Assembly (NCBI GenBank): GCA_963833125.1
Contig: CAWHWX010000014.1
Span: 67,367-131,366, forward strand
Direction of reading: 5' to 3'
Source: Candidatus Bathyarchaeota archaeon
GTDB lineage: Archaea > Thermoproteota > Bathyarchaeia > 40CM-2-53-6
DNA length: 64,000 nt
In this document: positions 42,868-53,745 of the stretch, in pieces
Layout of the letters: every line of letters starts with the position of its first letter
Position numbering within the stretch: position 1 is the first letter of the stretch
Notes under the pieces: model-generated
Databases searched by the model: none
The model's input: only the letters and a program-made list of their open reading frames with translations
Told to the model about the DNA's origin: nothing
Translations under genes and position numbers: made by a program

Positions 42868-43317
42868 ATGGTTACCGAAAAAGAATCCGATGAGCTTTAC
42901 AGACCATACGACACACTGAAAGCGATCGGATTCTCCACGGATGATGCGAAATCGTTTCTCGGTGGCATCGAGACTGAGGCGGCCAGCCAAATTAAACCCG
43001 AACCCAAAAAGGAACCTGACACGGTAGTGAAGTACCGTACCCAACGGTCCGAGCGAAGGCATACTCGTCTTACGGGTACATTAGTGGTAGTGTGCGGGTT
43101 CGCTGTCGCAGTTTGGCTCTATGTCGTAGCTATGCAACTTACCTTTCCAAACTCAATCTACTTCCAGTTCGCGACTTGGTTGCCAATCCGATTGGATTAC
43201 GTAGGGGAGGCAGCATTTGTCTTCGCCCTCATCATGGCCATCGTCGTAGTCATGGTGAACGCACGAAGGAGAATCCACCGAAACCCGGCCAAACCAGACG
43301 CCGCCCCTCCAGCTTAA
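42868..43317 (+). CDS. Small 2-TM membrane protein (paralog A3)
   Basis: MVTEKESDELYRPYDTLKAIGFSTDDAK...WLPIRLDYVGEAAF. Confidence 0.8.
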   Translation: MVTEKESDELYRPYDTLKAIGFSTDDAKSFLGGIETEAASQIKPEPKKEPDTVVKYRTQRSERRHTRLTGTLVVVCGFAVAVWLYVVAMQLTFPNSIYFQFATWLPIRLDYVGEAAFVFALIMAIVVVMVNARRRIHRNPAKPDAAPPA

Positions 43318-43375
43318 CTCTAACCCCTTCTGCCCTCTGCAAGCGACCATAATCATGCAGGGTATGTCGGTTGCT

Positions 43376-44134
43376 TCAGTAGTAGCAGACCGAAAACTTC
43401 TCTGTACTCAGTAGGCAACCTGATGCAGGGCCATCAAACCGTGTGACTATTTGATTGTTAGTAGCGGAGTCAAGGATGTTCCATGCGTTCATCGGTACAT
43501 GTTGATCTGTGTTCAGTACGATAGGTGAGGAGAAGAAGGTTTCTGAGGCGAGGACGTGTAGCGCGAATAGATCGATCAATGAGATGATTGGAGGATCGCG
43601 GGCGTGACCTGTCGTTCCGATCGGATCCATGACGTCTAACCCATCCACCAAGCTTCCCAAACCGAGCACGCGCCCTAACTCGTGAAGCGCTAAACGGAAG
43701 CCGTATTCGAGTGCGGTTGCATTCTGCTCCTGACCAGCATTGAATACGGCTCCGTCGAGGAAGGTGTGGGCTCCGATGATTGTTAGTGACTGGTCGAGGA
43801 TGTATTGTGTCCATCCGACCGCGATGGAAGCGTACTCGGTGGGCATTCCGAAGGTGACCGTTGCGTTACCGGCCGGAGAGTCGACGAAAGTGTAAACTTT
43901 TCCGCCTGGAAAATAGTTCTGAGTGAACCATAGCTGAGCCATATTCCAAACCTGTGAAGCGTTCAGGACCAGGTCATGCGCCCAGGTGGGGGTGGATGGA
44001 ATTTCAAGCCCAACCTGTAAGGCGGACCAGCGGCCAACTACGGGGATGGTGTAGGTGGTTGCGTATGCTGGCCTTGCGAACATTATGAGAGTGATTGCTA
44101 GCGTGAGCCCGATGATTCCAGCCCGCACATTCAT
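43376..44134 (-). CDS. Secreted matrixin-like protein with degenerate zinc motif (B2)
   Basis: Signal peptide; TPTWAHD, HELGRVLGLGS, DVMDP, ISLIDLFAL; clear paralog of B1. Confidence 0.8.
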   Translation of the reverse strand: MNVRAGIIGLTLAITLIMFARPAYATTYTIPVVGRWSALQVGLEIPSTPTWAHDLVLNASQVWNMAQLWFTQNYFPGGKVYTFVDSPAGNATVTFGMPTEYASIAVGWTQYILDQSLTIIGAHTFLDGAVFNAGQEQNATALEYGFRLALHELGRVLGLGSLVDGLDVMDPIGTTGHARDPPIISLIDLFALHVLASETFFSSPIVLNTDQHVPMNAWNILDSATNNQIVTRFDGPASGCLLSTEKFSVCYY

Positions 44135-44868
44135 TCTCTTCGCCTCCTGAATACGGCGACGAGGATTATTCCGAGAATCGCGATTACGAGTCCAACGATT
44201 CCTAGGCTGGATGGGGTTGGTGGTTGGAGGTAGAGTGGGGTGGTTGAGGTTGTGGTGGTTGTGTATGTTTTGGTGCTTGTTGATGTGTAGTCTATGAGGT
44301 TGGTTTCTGTGCTAGTTGCGTAGGCTACGGTTGCGTCCTGCTTATCGGCCTGTGTGCTTCCAGCATCGCTCAGCATGATGATGGTGGTTGGGCCGGTGAA
44401 GATGATGTAGAACGGCCCATCCGCGGGCGCAGTCCAGTGCAGGGTGTAGGAGGTGAAGTTGTTTACAGTCAAGATGGCGCCGCCGATTAGGGTGCAGCCG
44501 TCTGGTGAGGTTTGGAAGGTGTATGTGGGGAGGAGGTAGAGGTTGGTGGGATTGGTCGAAGTCAACTTCAAGTTCAGAACTGAACCGGATGTAACAGTGA
44601 CCGGTAACGTGTACTGACTGCACTTTCCCTTCGGCGCCACGAAACCGATAACCCTGGGAGGGAGGTCCATTGGGGTTTGGACGAGTGTGGTTCCTTTGGT
44701 TGACCCGAAGTAGGTTTGCATTAGGGCGGAGGTGGTGGTTAGGGTTGTTGCGGTGTAGGTTGTGTAGGTGGTTGAGTGGTTGGATGTGAGGGTGGTGAGG
44801 GGGAGGGTTATGGTGAGCGGTGAGAGGAGGATTAAGGCGACGAACAGGGCGGTACGCTGACTCGTCAT
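44131..44868 (-). CDS. Thr-rich membrane-anchored surface protein
   Basis: N-terminal hydrophobic segment, Thr-rich linkers, C-terminal TM plus RRRR; 4-nt overlap with B2. Confidence 0.75.
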   Translation of the reverse strand: MTSQRTALFVALILLSPLTITLPLTTLTSNHSTTYTTYTATTLTTTSALMQTYFGSTKGTTLVQTPMDLPPRVIGFVAPKGKCSQYTLPVTVTSGSVLNLKLTSTNPTNLYLLPTYTFQTSPDGCTLIGGAILTVNNFTSYTLHWTAPADGPFYIIFTGPTTIIMLSDAGSTQADKQDATVAYATSTETNLIDYTSTSTKTYTTTTTSTTPLYLQPPTPSSLGIVGLVIAILGIILVAVFRRRRE

Positions 44869-45180
44869 AAACGGAACAGTAATGTACCATTCTTAAAAGA
44901 CTTCCCCACAACGGAGAATTACTTTACAACCACAGCATGCGGCCCCACCATTAGTGATCAGCAACTCTAGTTTAGGGGGCAGTGTGTGGCAAGTACCGTA
45001 AAGGGTCGTCTACGTGCCGGTCGTGAATAATGCTTCGCTGCTTTTGGGACGCCTTCTTGCCGACAAGAATTTCAGGCATAGGGAATCCTGAACCTTCACA
45101 CAATCATGACGTTAGAATAATATTGAGAAACCCTATGTTCCTGAGAGGATAACCGGCGAGCAGAGCGTGGAAGGTGACGA

Positions 45181-46364
45181 GTGATTCCGGTTAATCTCAT
45201 CTTCTCGCCTTCCCCCACTGACCGCTCCTTATCATCGGCTCAGAAACAAACAGTGACAGATTCCATCAAGTTCTCCCGGGAAATCGGATTTCGCCAGGTT
45301 CTGTTCGGGGGGTTGCGCAGAGAGCAACATACTATACAAAGCTGTTCGCATCATGGAAAACCGCAAAGACTTTTCTCAGTATCTATCCGATCTATTGCAG
45401 AGGCTGCTACTCAACAACCAACCCACTTCGTCACATGGACAAACGGCTGCCTAACATTCTTCATGCATTGAAACCTAATTCTCGATCGATACTCTTCGTC
45501 GATGATCTACCAATCGAGCAGGCGCTGGCCCTTCATCAAAACGATGTTGATGAAGAGTCCTACGTCGTCGAAGGAAGAATCTTCGAACTCTTTGATGTTC
45601 TATGCGTCTACAACAAAGCTGCTCAGAGAGCGATTGGTGATAGGTACAGCATATCGGACGAGAAATTTGTTGAGATCGGGATGCGGGATTACGGGGTTTC
45701 ACCCAAGCGATCACAAGTAACACACAAGCCCTTTCCCCGCAAGTGGACGTTGATGTATATCGGAAGCGGAGACAAGATGTACGCTGGGGAATGGCCCATG
45801 AATCTGCCGCGATCAGAAAACGTCGGTTATGAATTCATAGGGAGTGGATGGGAATGGATTTCGGAACTAAATCGACCCGACTTCGTCTGGAAGCCAAGCA
45901 TGGAACAACAGGAGCTCTGTGACTATCTCGCTGCAAATGCCGACTTCGGAGTTGTAGCCTATTCCGACCAAATAAACGAATATTCAAAATACATCTGCCC
46001 TTCTAAATTTGCGACTTACCTGTCTTCCGGCATACCTGTCATAGCCGCTTCACAATGTGAGTATGTTGCCCAACTTGTGACAAAATACGGAATAGGGTTG
46101 TCACTTGCTTCGTTTAACGATATGTCCACTAGACTTGGAGAGCTAACTGAGCCAAAGGATCTGGACATGAGAAGACGAGCCGCCCAGCTTGCCGAAGCAG
46201 TTCATGCCGGCTATTTCTACAACCGCGGTTACCGAGGCTATGCGGATGCTTCATTAGCGGTCGGCAGTAAGACAAGTCTTGGCAGTCGATCTCTTATTCG
46301 GATCTTCTCTATGTCTGTGACCGCCTGGCAAATCGTGTTGACTAAATCAGCACCATCAGATTGA
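45181..46364 (+). CDS. Glycosyltransferase (GT-B, galactofuranosyltransferase-like), frameshifted; 3' end uncertain
   Basis: DFGVV...YSKYICPSKFATYLSSGIPVI, VTKYGIG, AGYFY. Confidence 0.7.
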
Positions 46365-46375
46365 CGCAGTTGAGC
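46238..46375 (-). pseudogene. Remnant 3' end of a second DUF58-type gene
   Basis: GADLVNTICQAVTDIEKIRIRDRLP versus GADLVNAICQTVMDIPKVRIKNRLP at the end of 46399-47814. Confidence 0.7.
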
Positions 46376-46398
46376 CCAACTCCGCCCATCATTAACTT

Positions 46399-47814
46399 TT
46401 ATTGCGCGAGCGGTGCCACGGGGAGGCGGTTCTTGATGCGGACTTTCGGAATGTCCATGACCGTCTGGCAAATGGCGTTCACTAGGTCAGCGCCACCTGC
46501 GTGTAATACCTGAATGCCAGATTCGATAAGTGTAGAGAGTTCGAGTGGCAAGGGGACTCGTAAATCCCCAATTATTCCGATTATGATTCGATGTCCAGAC
46601 GCATTCGCCAATAGTGCCCCTTCACACAGCCCAGTCAGGTCCCGGCCGAAGGGTGAGATGATTATAACAAGCGAGGGAGGAAGGTTGGTGATTATTTCCA
46701 AGGCGCGAAAGGCGCCGGACTTCATTAACCTGACAGGTTGCTTGGCTGCAATGCTCTCGTAGTATGGCAGAATACTTCGTGCGTATATGTCGACCCGACC
46801 GAGAGGTTGGTTATTGGAAATCAACTTCATGAGGCGAATCTTGCGAGTCAGGTCCTCGTAGAGCATCGTTAGACCTTGGCTCCTGAGAGCCTCCGGACTA
46901 GTCGTCACTGCCAATAGTGAACGCAACATCTGTTGTCTTACTTGAACTCCCGACGCGGGTGGGACGTGTGCGATTACCTTTGTCTCATCGTAAATGATCG
47001 CGCCCACAGAGGCCGAAGATCCGAAAGTAATGATGAGGCCGCCCAACTGCACGAGCCTACTCGCTCCCAACTCTCCTCCAATCGTTAACACCGACTTGTC
47101 AACAAGCAACATCACAGCTGGGTCAGTTTCGGGATAGAATTCCTTCACGATGAACTTCCCCGTTCTCGCGGTACTCTTCCAGTCTATTGAATGAAAATCA
47201 GTCACGACAGTCGCCTCTCGCAGCATTGTCAGATCGGTTCCGATTCCAATACGGGACGCTTCAGCGATAGAACCAAGTTGAAGCCTAGTCGCCAGCTTGC
47301 CCGTGAGTGGTGCAATCTCTACTTCTGCATCACAATTCAAAGACAGGTCATGTTGGAAAAGCCCGGACCTGCCCTTCAGGGTGACAACGGCCTTAGTTAT
47401 TTTGAATTGTCCCGGCGATTTGGACTTGAGCGATAATTCAATGTGTATATTAGATCCGCTTGGGAGCAGATGCTGCTCGATGTCTTTCGAGTCGTTCTCA
47501 ATTTGTGCTGGAACCTTTAGCCTGAATCCAATAATCTTCGCTTGCATAGAGTGGGAGTTGGAGATGACTGCTTCAAGATCGACATTAGTGCCAACTAGTG
47601 TGGAGACTGCACTTGGAATGATCTTGACATCGATTCGATCGCTAATCGCCGTAATGTATCTTCGGAATTGTATGGCGCGAAATCCCATGTAAGCAAAGCA
47701 TATGCAAGCCGGAGAAATGCGAACGGGTTTAGGAACAAACCGACGCCGAAAGCCGCTGCTCCAAACCAAGCCACCATAGTTCCTTCGGGTGAGAGGTTCA
47801 GCGGCCGATCCCAC
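46399..47814 (-). CDS. DUF58 domain protein (MoxR partner; likely N-terminal frameshift)
   Basis: GIGTDLTMLRE...IDWKSTARTGKFIVKEF, MLLVD. Confidence 0.85.
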   Translation of the reverse strand: MGSAAEPLTRRNYGGLVWSSGFRRRFVPKPVRISPACICFAYMGFRAIQFRRYITAISDRIDVKIIPSAVSTLVGTNVDLEAVISNSHSMQAKIIGFRLKVPAQIENDSKDIEQHLLPSGSNIHIELSLKSKSPGQFKITKAVVTLKGRSGLFQHDLSLNCDAEVEIAPLTGKLATRLQLGSIAEASRIGIGTDLTMLREATVVTDFHSIDWKSTARTGKFIVKEFYPETDPAVMLLVDKSVLTIGGELGASRLVQLGGLIITFGSSASVGAIIYDETKVIAHVPPASGVQVRQQMLRSLLAVTTSPEALRSQGLTMLYEDLTRKIRLMKLISNNQPLGRVDIYARSILPYYESIAAKQPVRLMKSGAFRALEIITNLPPSLVIIISPFGRDLTGLCEGALLANASGHRIIIGIIGDLRVPLPLELSTLIESGIQVLHAGGADLVNAICQTVMDIPKVRIKNRLPVAPLAQ

Positions 47815-48770
47815 CTAAGCCGCGCTTTGAGGGACCACAGTCTCCTCCAGTATAGTCTTGACGACCTCGTCCATGGAGGCGGTCCCTGCAGAGGCGGACG
47901 GGATGAGGCGATGCCGCAGCACTAGGGGAGCATACTGCTTGACGTCATCAGGGGTCACGAACATTCTTCCTCTCAAGAGAGCGCTTGCGCGAGTGGCTCT
48001 GGATAATGCGATCGAAGCTCGGGGGCTTGCACCGAGCGATATCCCCGTCACCTGCCTCGTCTTTTGGACGAGTTCAACGATGTAGGACTGAACTTGAGGA
48101 GCCATGTAGACCTCCTTGGCCTGGTCGATAAGATGCTGAAATTGATCTTTCGATACGGTGGGTGCGGTTTTGTTGTTCAAGGGTGCTCCCAAGCGACTGG
48201 CTATCAGCACTTCTTCTTCGGCGGACGGGTAGTCCACGTTCATGCTTAGGAGGAACCTGTCAACTAGCACTTCTGGGAGAGGGAAGACGCCGTGGAATTC
48301 GATCGGGCTTTGTGTCGCGATTATCATAAACGGTAAGGGCAGAGGGAGTGTCTCACCTGTAATCGTCACTTGCCCTTCCTGCATCGCTTCTAATATTGCA
48401 CTGTTTGTCTTGGGCGTATTACGGTTGATTTCATCGATTAACAGAAGATTTGTGAAAATCGGGCCTTTCTGTAATTTGAATGAGACTTTAGCCTGGTCGA
48501 AAATGTATGTTCCAATTACATCTCCAGGCAACGTATCTACACTGCCTTGAATGCGTTTGAAGCTCTAATCCAATTACGTTTGAGAATGTCTTCGCAAGAG
48601 TAGTCTTCGCTACCCCTGGAACACCTTCAAGAAGAATATGCCCTTCGCAGAGCAAAGTGACTAGATAGGGCTTCAACGGCTTGCGTTTTTCCTACGATCG
48701 TCTTTTGACACTCAGAAATGATGTTACCGAGGGTAGCCATCGTCTCTTCTGGCGGCTTCTTAGTCTCCAC
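47815..48770 (-). CDS. MoxR family AAA+ ATPase (frameshifts near 48660 and 48555)
   Basis: HILLEGVPGVAKT, LLIDEINR, LEAMQE, ATQSP, GASPRA, VLRHR. Confidence 0.92.
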
Positions 48771-48791
48771 TTGCCCCGCCTCTTTGAACCG

Positions 48792-49766
48792 CTACGTTAG
48801 ATTACTATGTAAGGTTGATTCCTCGGCGGGATATCCGCGAGTTTTCCTCGGTCTGGTCATTGCTGGAAAGGCCCCTGCGAAGACCAATAACAATCCTATA
48901 GCCACTAAACCTTGAACCAGGGTAGATTGCAGAACTGTTACCGAGCTGTCGAACTCCTTCCTGAACGTGATCCGAGAGTTTGTCAGCAGGGCGCTCTTAA
49001 GATGGGATAAGTCGAATACTGTGGTTCCAGGCGCGATTTTCATCAGATTTCGGAAGAAGATCTGGTTGTTGAAGAGATTGATTAGTTCATTCGCGAACAT
49101 GTTTGCGTTGGCAACCAAGACAAGCAGGCCGGCCCCAATGTGGGTGGTAGCGATTATTGGATATGCTTGAGTGTTTTCATTGGGTGAGAGGGTACCATTG
49201 TTATGGAGATCAATGAATGAGAAGGGAGAGGAGAGGGCAACCACCTTAACTAGGCTAGAGTTCGGGATTTCAATGTAAGACGGGTGGTCCAGTATGAGCG
49301 CAGTTATGTTGCTGCTCAGAGGGTCCGGGACGAAGTCAGAGACTAATGGAAATGAGGGCGTCTTACTGTAAAAGTACGGGTCGGCTATCGGTTGCCCTGA
49401 GAATCGTGCACTCACGTTGAGACTCTGCAAGAGACCATTGCCGGTCCCAAAGTCATCTGCCAAAAGTACTGTCCCACCATTTTGCAGGAATGACCGCAGT
49501 TCGGCTGTTTCACTGTTTTCGAAGGGAATTCGCGGGCCAATGATCGTGATGAGAGCGGTCGCATTTGGGAGGGGTGTTGCATATGAGGAAAGTAGTTGCG
49601 CTCGCGGAGTCATTTCGTAGATTTGGCTGCACCCATTCCAACCGTGGTTCAACGGATAATACGGGTCCGTTATGGGTGCTGAGTACGAAACGTAACCGAT
49701 CATGAGAGATGACAATAGGAAGGCTGCGAGGGCGGCTTTTGCACGAAGTCCGAACTTCATTTCCAA
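48792..49766 (-). CDS. DUF4350 domain membrane protein
   Basis: NHGWNGCS, FLQNGGTVLLADDFGTGNGLL, FDLSH; position in MoxR cassette. Confidence 0.8.
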   Translation of the reverse strand: MEMKFGLRAKAALAAFLLSSLMIGYVSYSAPITDPYYPLNHGWNGCSQIYEMTPRAQLLSSYATPLPNATALITIIGPRIPFENSETAELRSFLQNGGTVLLADDFGTGNGLLQSLNVSARFSGQPIADPYFYSKTPSFPLVSDFVPDPLSSNITALILDHPSYIEIPNSSLVKVVALSSPFSFIDLHNNGTLSPNENTQAYPIIATTHIGAGLLVLVANANMFANELINLFNNQIFFRNLMKIAPGTTVFDLSHLKSALLTNSRITFRKEFDSSVTVLQSTLVQGLVAIGLLLVFAGAFPAMTRPRKTRGYPAEESTLHSNLT

Positions 49767-51737
49767 TTCCTATCATGTATCTTCTTCAGTCGATTCTCGG
49801 CTTGAGTGCCTTCGGAAGCAACGATTTCGTAGGGACTGTACGCAGATAACTCGAAGAGATCGACTAGGACGCTAAGGTCGTCCTCTATCCAGGGTCTCAA
49901 TTCAACGACATGGCGGTAGAATTCCCTGTGGGTCTCACTTTCCTTGGGCCTTTCGTTGAGTTGATTGGTCACAAAAGTTCGTACGGCTTTGAAGCACTTG
50001 ATGATTTTCTTGGATACATTCTTTTCCGCGTTAATCTCCCTTAGGACGTCCTCCCAATCAAACGCTGTCGTCTCGTAAGGTACGGGACGAGGCAGACCCC
50101 TGTCCTACCCGTATGGCGGACTCCTCTGTAATTTCAAGTTCAGCGGTAAGCCTCGCTCCCCTTCTGCCTCTCCACCTCCTTACGAGGAAGATACTGCACG
50201 CTAGGATTGCTGCAATAGCGATGATGATAGGAGTATTGTAGACGCGAACCGGAATTATTTCGATCGCAGAATCGACTCGTGGATCGTCTGCGAAGTAGAC
50301 TATTTCCACTGAATGGCTTCCAAAACTGCTGGTGAACGGAATCGATACCGGTAGGGAAAATGCCCCGTCATCTGCAATCTTGGTGCTGGCGACGGGTATT
50401 CCATCGAGCAGAGCGGTCGCGTTGCCTGAGAGTGTAGCTTGATTATTGTTTGCGGTGTTGTTGAAGGCGATAACTCCTCTTACTGTTAGGCTCATTCCAG
50501 AGAGTGTGTTAGCCGTAACTGATTCCGTTTGAATTGTTGTAGCCTCGCGTTGCACTGTGAGAGACAGAGTTGAGTTAGAGGGTGCGAGAATTTTTGAGCC
50601 CTTAAAGGATATTTGCAGAGCGTGTTTGCCATTCGTTGTTGTTCCGGGAACTTGAAATGTAAACAGGAAGTTACCGTTTATGTCCGACGATACATTTCCT
50701 ATCGGACTGTTATCCAGTTGAATCTGTAAGGTGCGATTCTCAAGCGGTTCGCCAGCTTGGGTGGTCAGGCTACCGTTCACATTAACCTGGTCGAGCGGAA
50801 GTGCTTGTTGGGGGAGAAGTTCGGATTTGATTTGCGTGGGCGGGTAGATTACTTGAATCGCCGTTGATGTTTTAGTGGGAACATACTGGACTGCGTCTGG
50901 CCCCTGGGGCTGGAATGTTGCTTGGATGAAAGTCAGTCCGCTTGAGTATCCTGGGGGAAAGACGACGGTAGCTGTGAATTGTCCGTTCGAGTCGGTGGGA
51001 ACGGTTGTTGCATTTGACCCCCAAGTGATTGTTACGTTGCGCTGGGGAAGAATTGTTCCGTTATGAGTCTGCAAATGCCCCTCTACCTGTACGGCTGTGC
51101 CAATGAGCACTGTATTGTTCGATAGCGCAATATTGAGTAGGACTGTTCTGGGTGTGATTTCCACGTTGAGCTGGTCTATTTCGAGAGAATACTCGACGTA
51201 AAGCCGTTGCAGCTCATCGATCCTTTGGCGAATGTCCTGAATTTGAGTTGGATTTACATTGTGTTGAGATTGGACTTGGGCGAGTAGAGTGTATAGTGTG
51301 TTGATGAGTGAGCCTGTTTGATTCCTGAGGGCTAGGAGGTGGTTGACTTCAGCTGTCGTGGCGGGGGTGTTCCCTGAAGCGAGTGAGGTTTGGGCGGTTT
51401 GGAGGCCTGATTGCATTTGTTGGAGGTTGGAGGAGACGTTAGAGAGCGCTCTTAGGTACTTGACTATCGGATCTTGCGATGGCAGATTTGAGGTACCGAG
51501 AGAGACTTGGAGGTTCTTAGGGTTAAGAAGGGTACCTGGATTCGTCAGCTGCTCCATGGCGGCTACTGCAGCGTCGGAGGACGGTTGGGAAACGAGGGCG
51601 CTTGAATAACTCGACCCGAACGTACTTGGAGAGGTCGGCGCGTTCTGCGAGATTGCCAATGTCAAGATGGTCCCTCCTACTAGTAGAGTCAAAAGTGCTA
51701 ATGCGAATATGTGCAACTTGATTTTTCGCGGTTTCAT
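49757..51737 (-). CDS. Large surface protein with Ig-like repeats, TM helix and DUF4129-like C-terminus (frameshift near 50070)
   Basis: TDSNGQF and SDINGNF repeats; SETHREFY...LFELSAYS in the downstream ORF. Confidence 0.75.
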
Positions 51738-51746
51738 TGCGTCAAC

Positions 51747-52010
51747 TCACACTAGCAATTGCAATACTCGTTCGATCACGATTCCTGTGAAGATTACCAG
51801 TAGCATGATTCCGATTACCCTCTGCCTTCTAGATTCCTCAGGATTGTGGGGGGCCGTTGCGAGAATGACGATGAAATATTCTATTGCGAATCCGGCGACG
51901 TAAATATCGATTTGCCCTACGCCCAAGTAGCTGAAAACCAATACCGTGGAAAAAATAAGGGAGGCATAGGAGATTAGAAAAATCTCAATCTTCTGTATAC
52001 CTGAAGTCAA
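51747..52010 (-). CDS. Small 3-TM membrane protein
   Basis: Hydrophobic ORF coupled to its neighbours; DIYVAGFAIEYF. Confidence 0.7.
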   Translation of the reverse strand: MTSGIQKIEIFLISYASLIFSTVLVFSYLGVGQIDIYVAGFAIEYFIVILATAPHNPEESRRQRVIGIMLLVIFTGIVIERVLQLLV

Positions 52011-52912
52011 CGTGACCCACCTTCAAGAACTTCTAGAACAACAATCAATGTGGAGCCATCAAAACTCGACTCGTTAATCCTCACATACTTCCCCAAGACT
52101 TTGCAAACCGCCGCAGCTAGGGCGCTTGATACCGGCGAGCCAACTTGCGTTATTAGCCGAGGAGCCTGTAATCTTAGCCGCTCCTCCAAATGAGCGGTGA
52201 AGATGGATTGTACGCTCACTCTTACCGTCGTTCCGTCAACTTGTACGTTTACCGTCTTAGTTGAAATTGTAAGTGCTTCAAACCCAAACCCAATTCTCGC
52301 CGAGAACTCATCCATTTTCATCGTAGACAAGTCCGCTTGCAGGATGCTCTCGAGGGCTTTGACGATCTCCCCACCGGGCGGGTTGAGGATAATTCCTCGG
52401 TCGTTCGGATTTATTCCCAGAGACAGGAAAATCCTACGACTTCGCGTCAACCTGCTTGGAGGTAAGATGGGAGGACTAGATTCCTTGATGGGAAGGATGA
52501 CTTTAGGTACAGTACCGAAGCCTGAGACAGGGACGTAAATTCCTCGAGAATCTATATCCAAATCCTCGATAAGAGCATCGATATCCAGCAACGAAGGTAT
52601 GCTCGAAAGCATAACCAGCCTACCAGTTTTGGCTGCTGTTGGCTCAGGTAGGACGAGAATCATCACGCCTAGAAGGAGAGAACCTAAACCTAACGCCAGA
52701 ATGGGTATGATATCTATTAGGTAACCGAAAACGCCAACCATCGCACCTAGCACGAGCATGAAGATACCGCCTGCGGTAAAATTTTCGGGGCGAACCAGCA
52801 GAGATCGAGTTGCTGGGTTGGGAGATTGAATTAACTGAGCTCCGCAACTGCTGCAGAACCGATCCTTCAGCCCAATCTGTGAGCCACATATCCAGCAGCT
52901 GTTCTGGGACAA
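52007..52912 (-). CDS. Zinc-ribbon membrane protein
   Basis: CWICG...FCSSCG, two TM helices, GSPVSSALA. Confidence 0.75.
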   Translation of the reverse strand: MSQNSCWICGSQIGLKDRFCSSCGAQLIQSPNPATRSLLVRPENFTAGGIFMLVLGAMVGVFGYLIDIIPILALGLGSLLLGVMILVLPEPTAAKTGRLVMLSSIPSLLDIDALIEDLDIDSRGIYVPVSGFGTVPKVILPIKESSPPILPPSRLTRSRRIFLSLGINPNDRGIILNPPGGEIVKALESILQADLSTMKMDEFSARIGFGFEALTISTKTVNVQVDGTTVRVSVQSIFTAHLEERLRLQAPRLITQVGSPVSSALAAAVCKVLGKYVRINESSFDGSTLIVVLEVLEGGSR

Positions 52913-53101
52913 TTCTATTCTTGCTCTGAAATGATAATCTGCAACCTAGATAGACCAGGCGTGAGGAAAAATAAGGATAGCTGCATCAAAGCGGCAGTGC
53001 GTAGATTCGTTGAACGTTTATCAACTCGCGAGGATGAACTTCGCTAGAGATCTTGCAACCGGATCAACCGTGCTGTCTCTCTGAGAAGTTCCATCCACGC
53101 C

Positions 53102-53653
53102 GTGATTAGGAGACGACACCCGTTAACCGTGAGTCAGTTGGCTAGGATGCTGGCTGAGGATGTGGGCACGGTTGATAGAGCTGTATTTCTGGACACTGTT
53201 AAGTCCATGGTTAAGGAGGGCTCGTTGAGGCTGGGTCGACCGCCATATGAAGTCTATTCAGTGTTGGACTATTTACTGGCCCCGACGGTCTCGGGGTGGT
53301 TCTGGCTGATTTTTTGGCTTACCTCCATCTCCACTCTGGCCATCTACATCGTGCCCAACCTATTTCCGTTGAATGTTCTTCGATGGGTCTTCGGATTGCT
53401 TCTCATCTGTCTGCCTGGTTACAGTACGATCAAGATGCTCTTTCCTCACTCGGAATTGCAGTTCTATGAACGGTTGGCGTTGAGTATCGCGCTCAGCCTA
53501 GCGGTTATCCCGATAATTGGTTTCATTCTAAACTTCACGCCTTGGGGAATCAGGTTCCTTCCAGTCTTGGGGTCGCTGGGAGCATATACCATCGTCGTGG
53601 CCGGGGTGGCGGCTGCGAGGAACTACCTAACTATCGTCCAACAGCCACCCTAA
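53102..53653 (+). CDS. DUF1616 family membrane protein
   Basis: LPGY...ERLALSIALSLA...LNFTPWGI. Confidence 0.85.
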   Translation: MIRRRHPLTVSQLARMLAEDVGTVDRAVFLDTVKSMVKEGSLRLGRPPYEVYSVLDYLLAPTVSGWFWLIFWLTSISTLAIYIVPNLFPLNVLRWVFGLLLICLPGYSTIKMLFPHSELQFYERLALSIALSLAVIPIIGFILNFTPWGIRFLPVLGSLGAYTIVVAGVAAARNYLTIVQQPP

Positions 53654-53745
53654 AACAACCCACCACGAAGGAACCAGGCGGTTACTCGGCTGATTCAGGA
53701 AATTGATAAATTGCTGCTGAGGATGGATGACTGCTTACTGTCCGT

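Noticed and set aside
34455-44868. Signalling island as an autonomous mobile element
   Set aside because: No integrase, transposase or tRNA target seen; only a 13-bp repeat, which is reported separately
44342-44911. His/Pro/Asn-rich 189-aa ORF
   Set aside because: Alternative frame of the ACC/ACA-rich Thr repeats in 44131-44868
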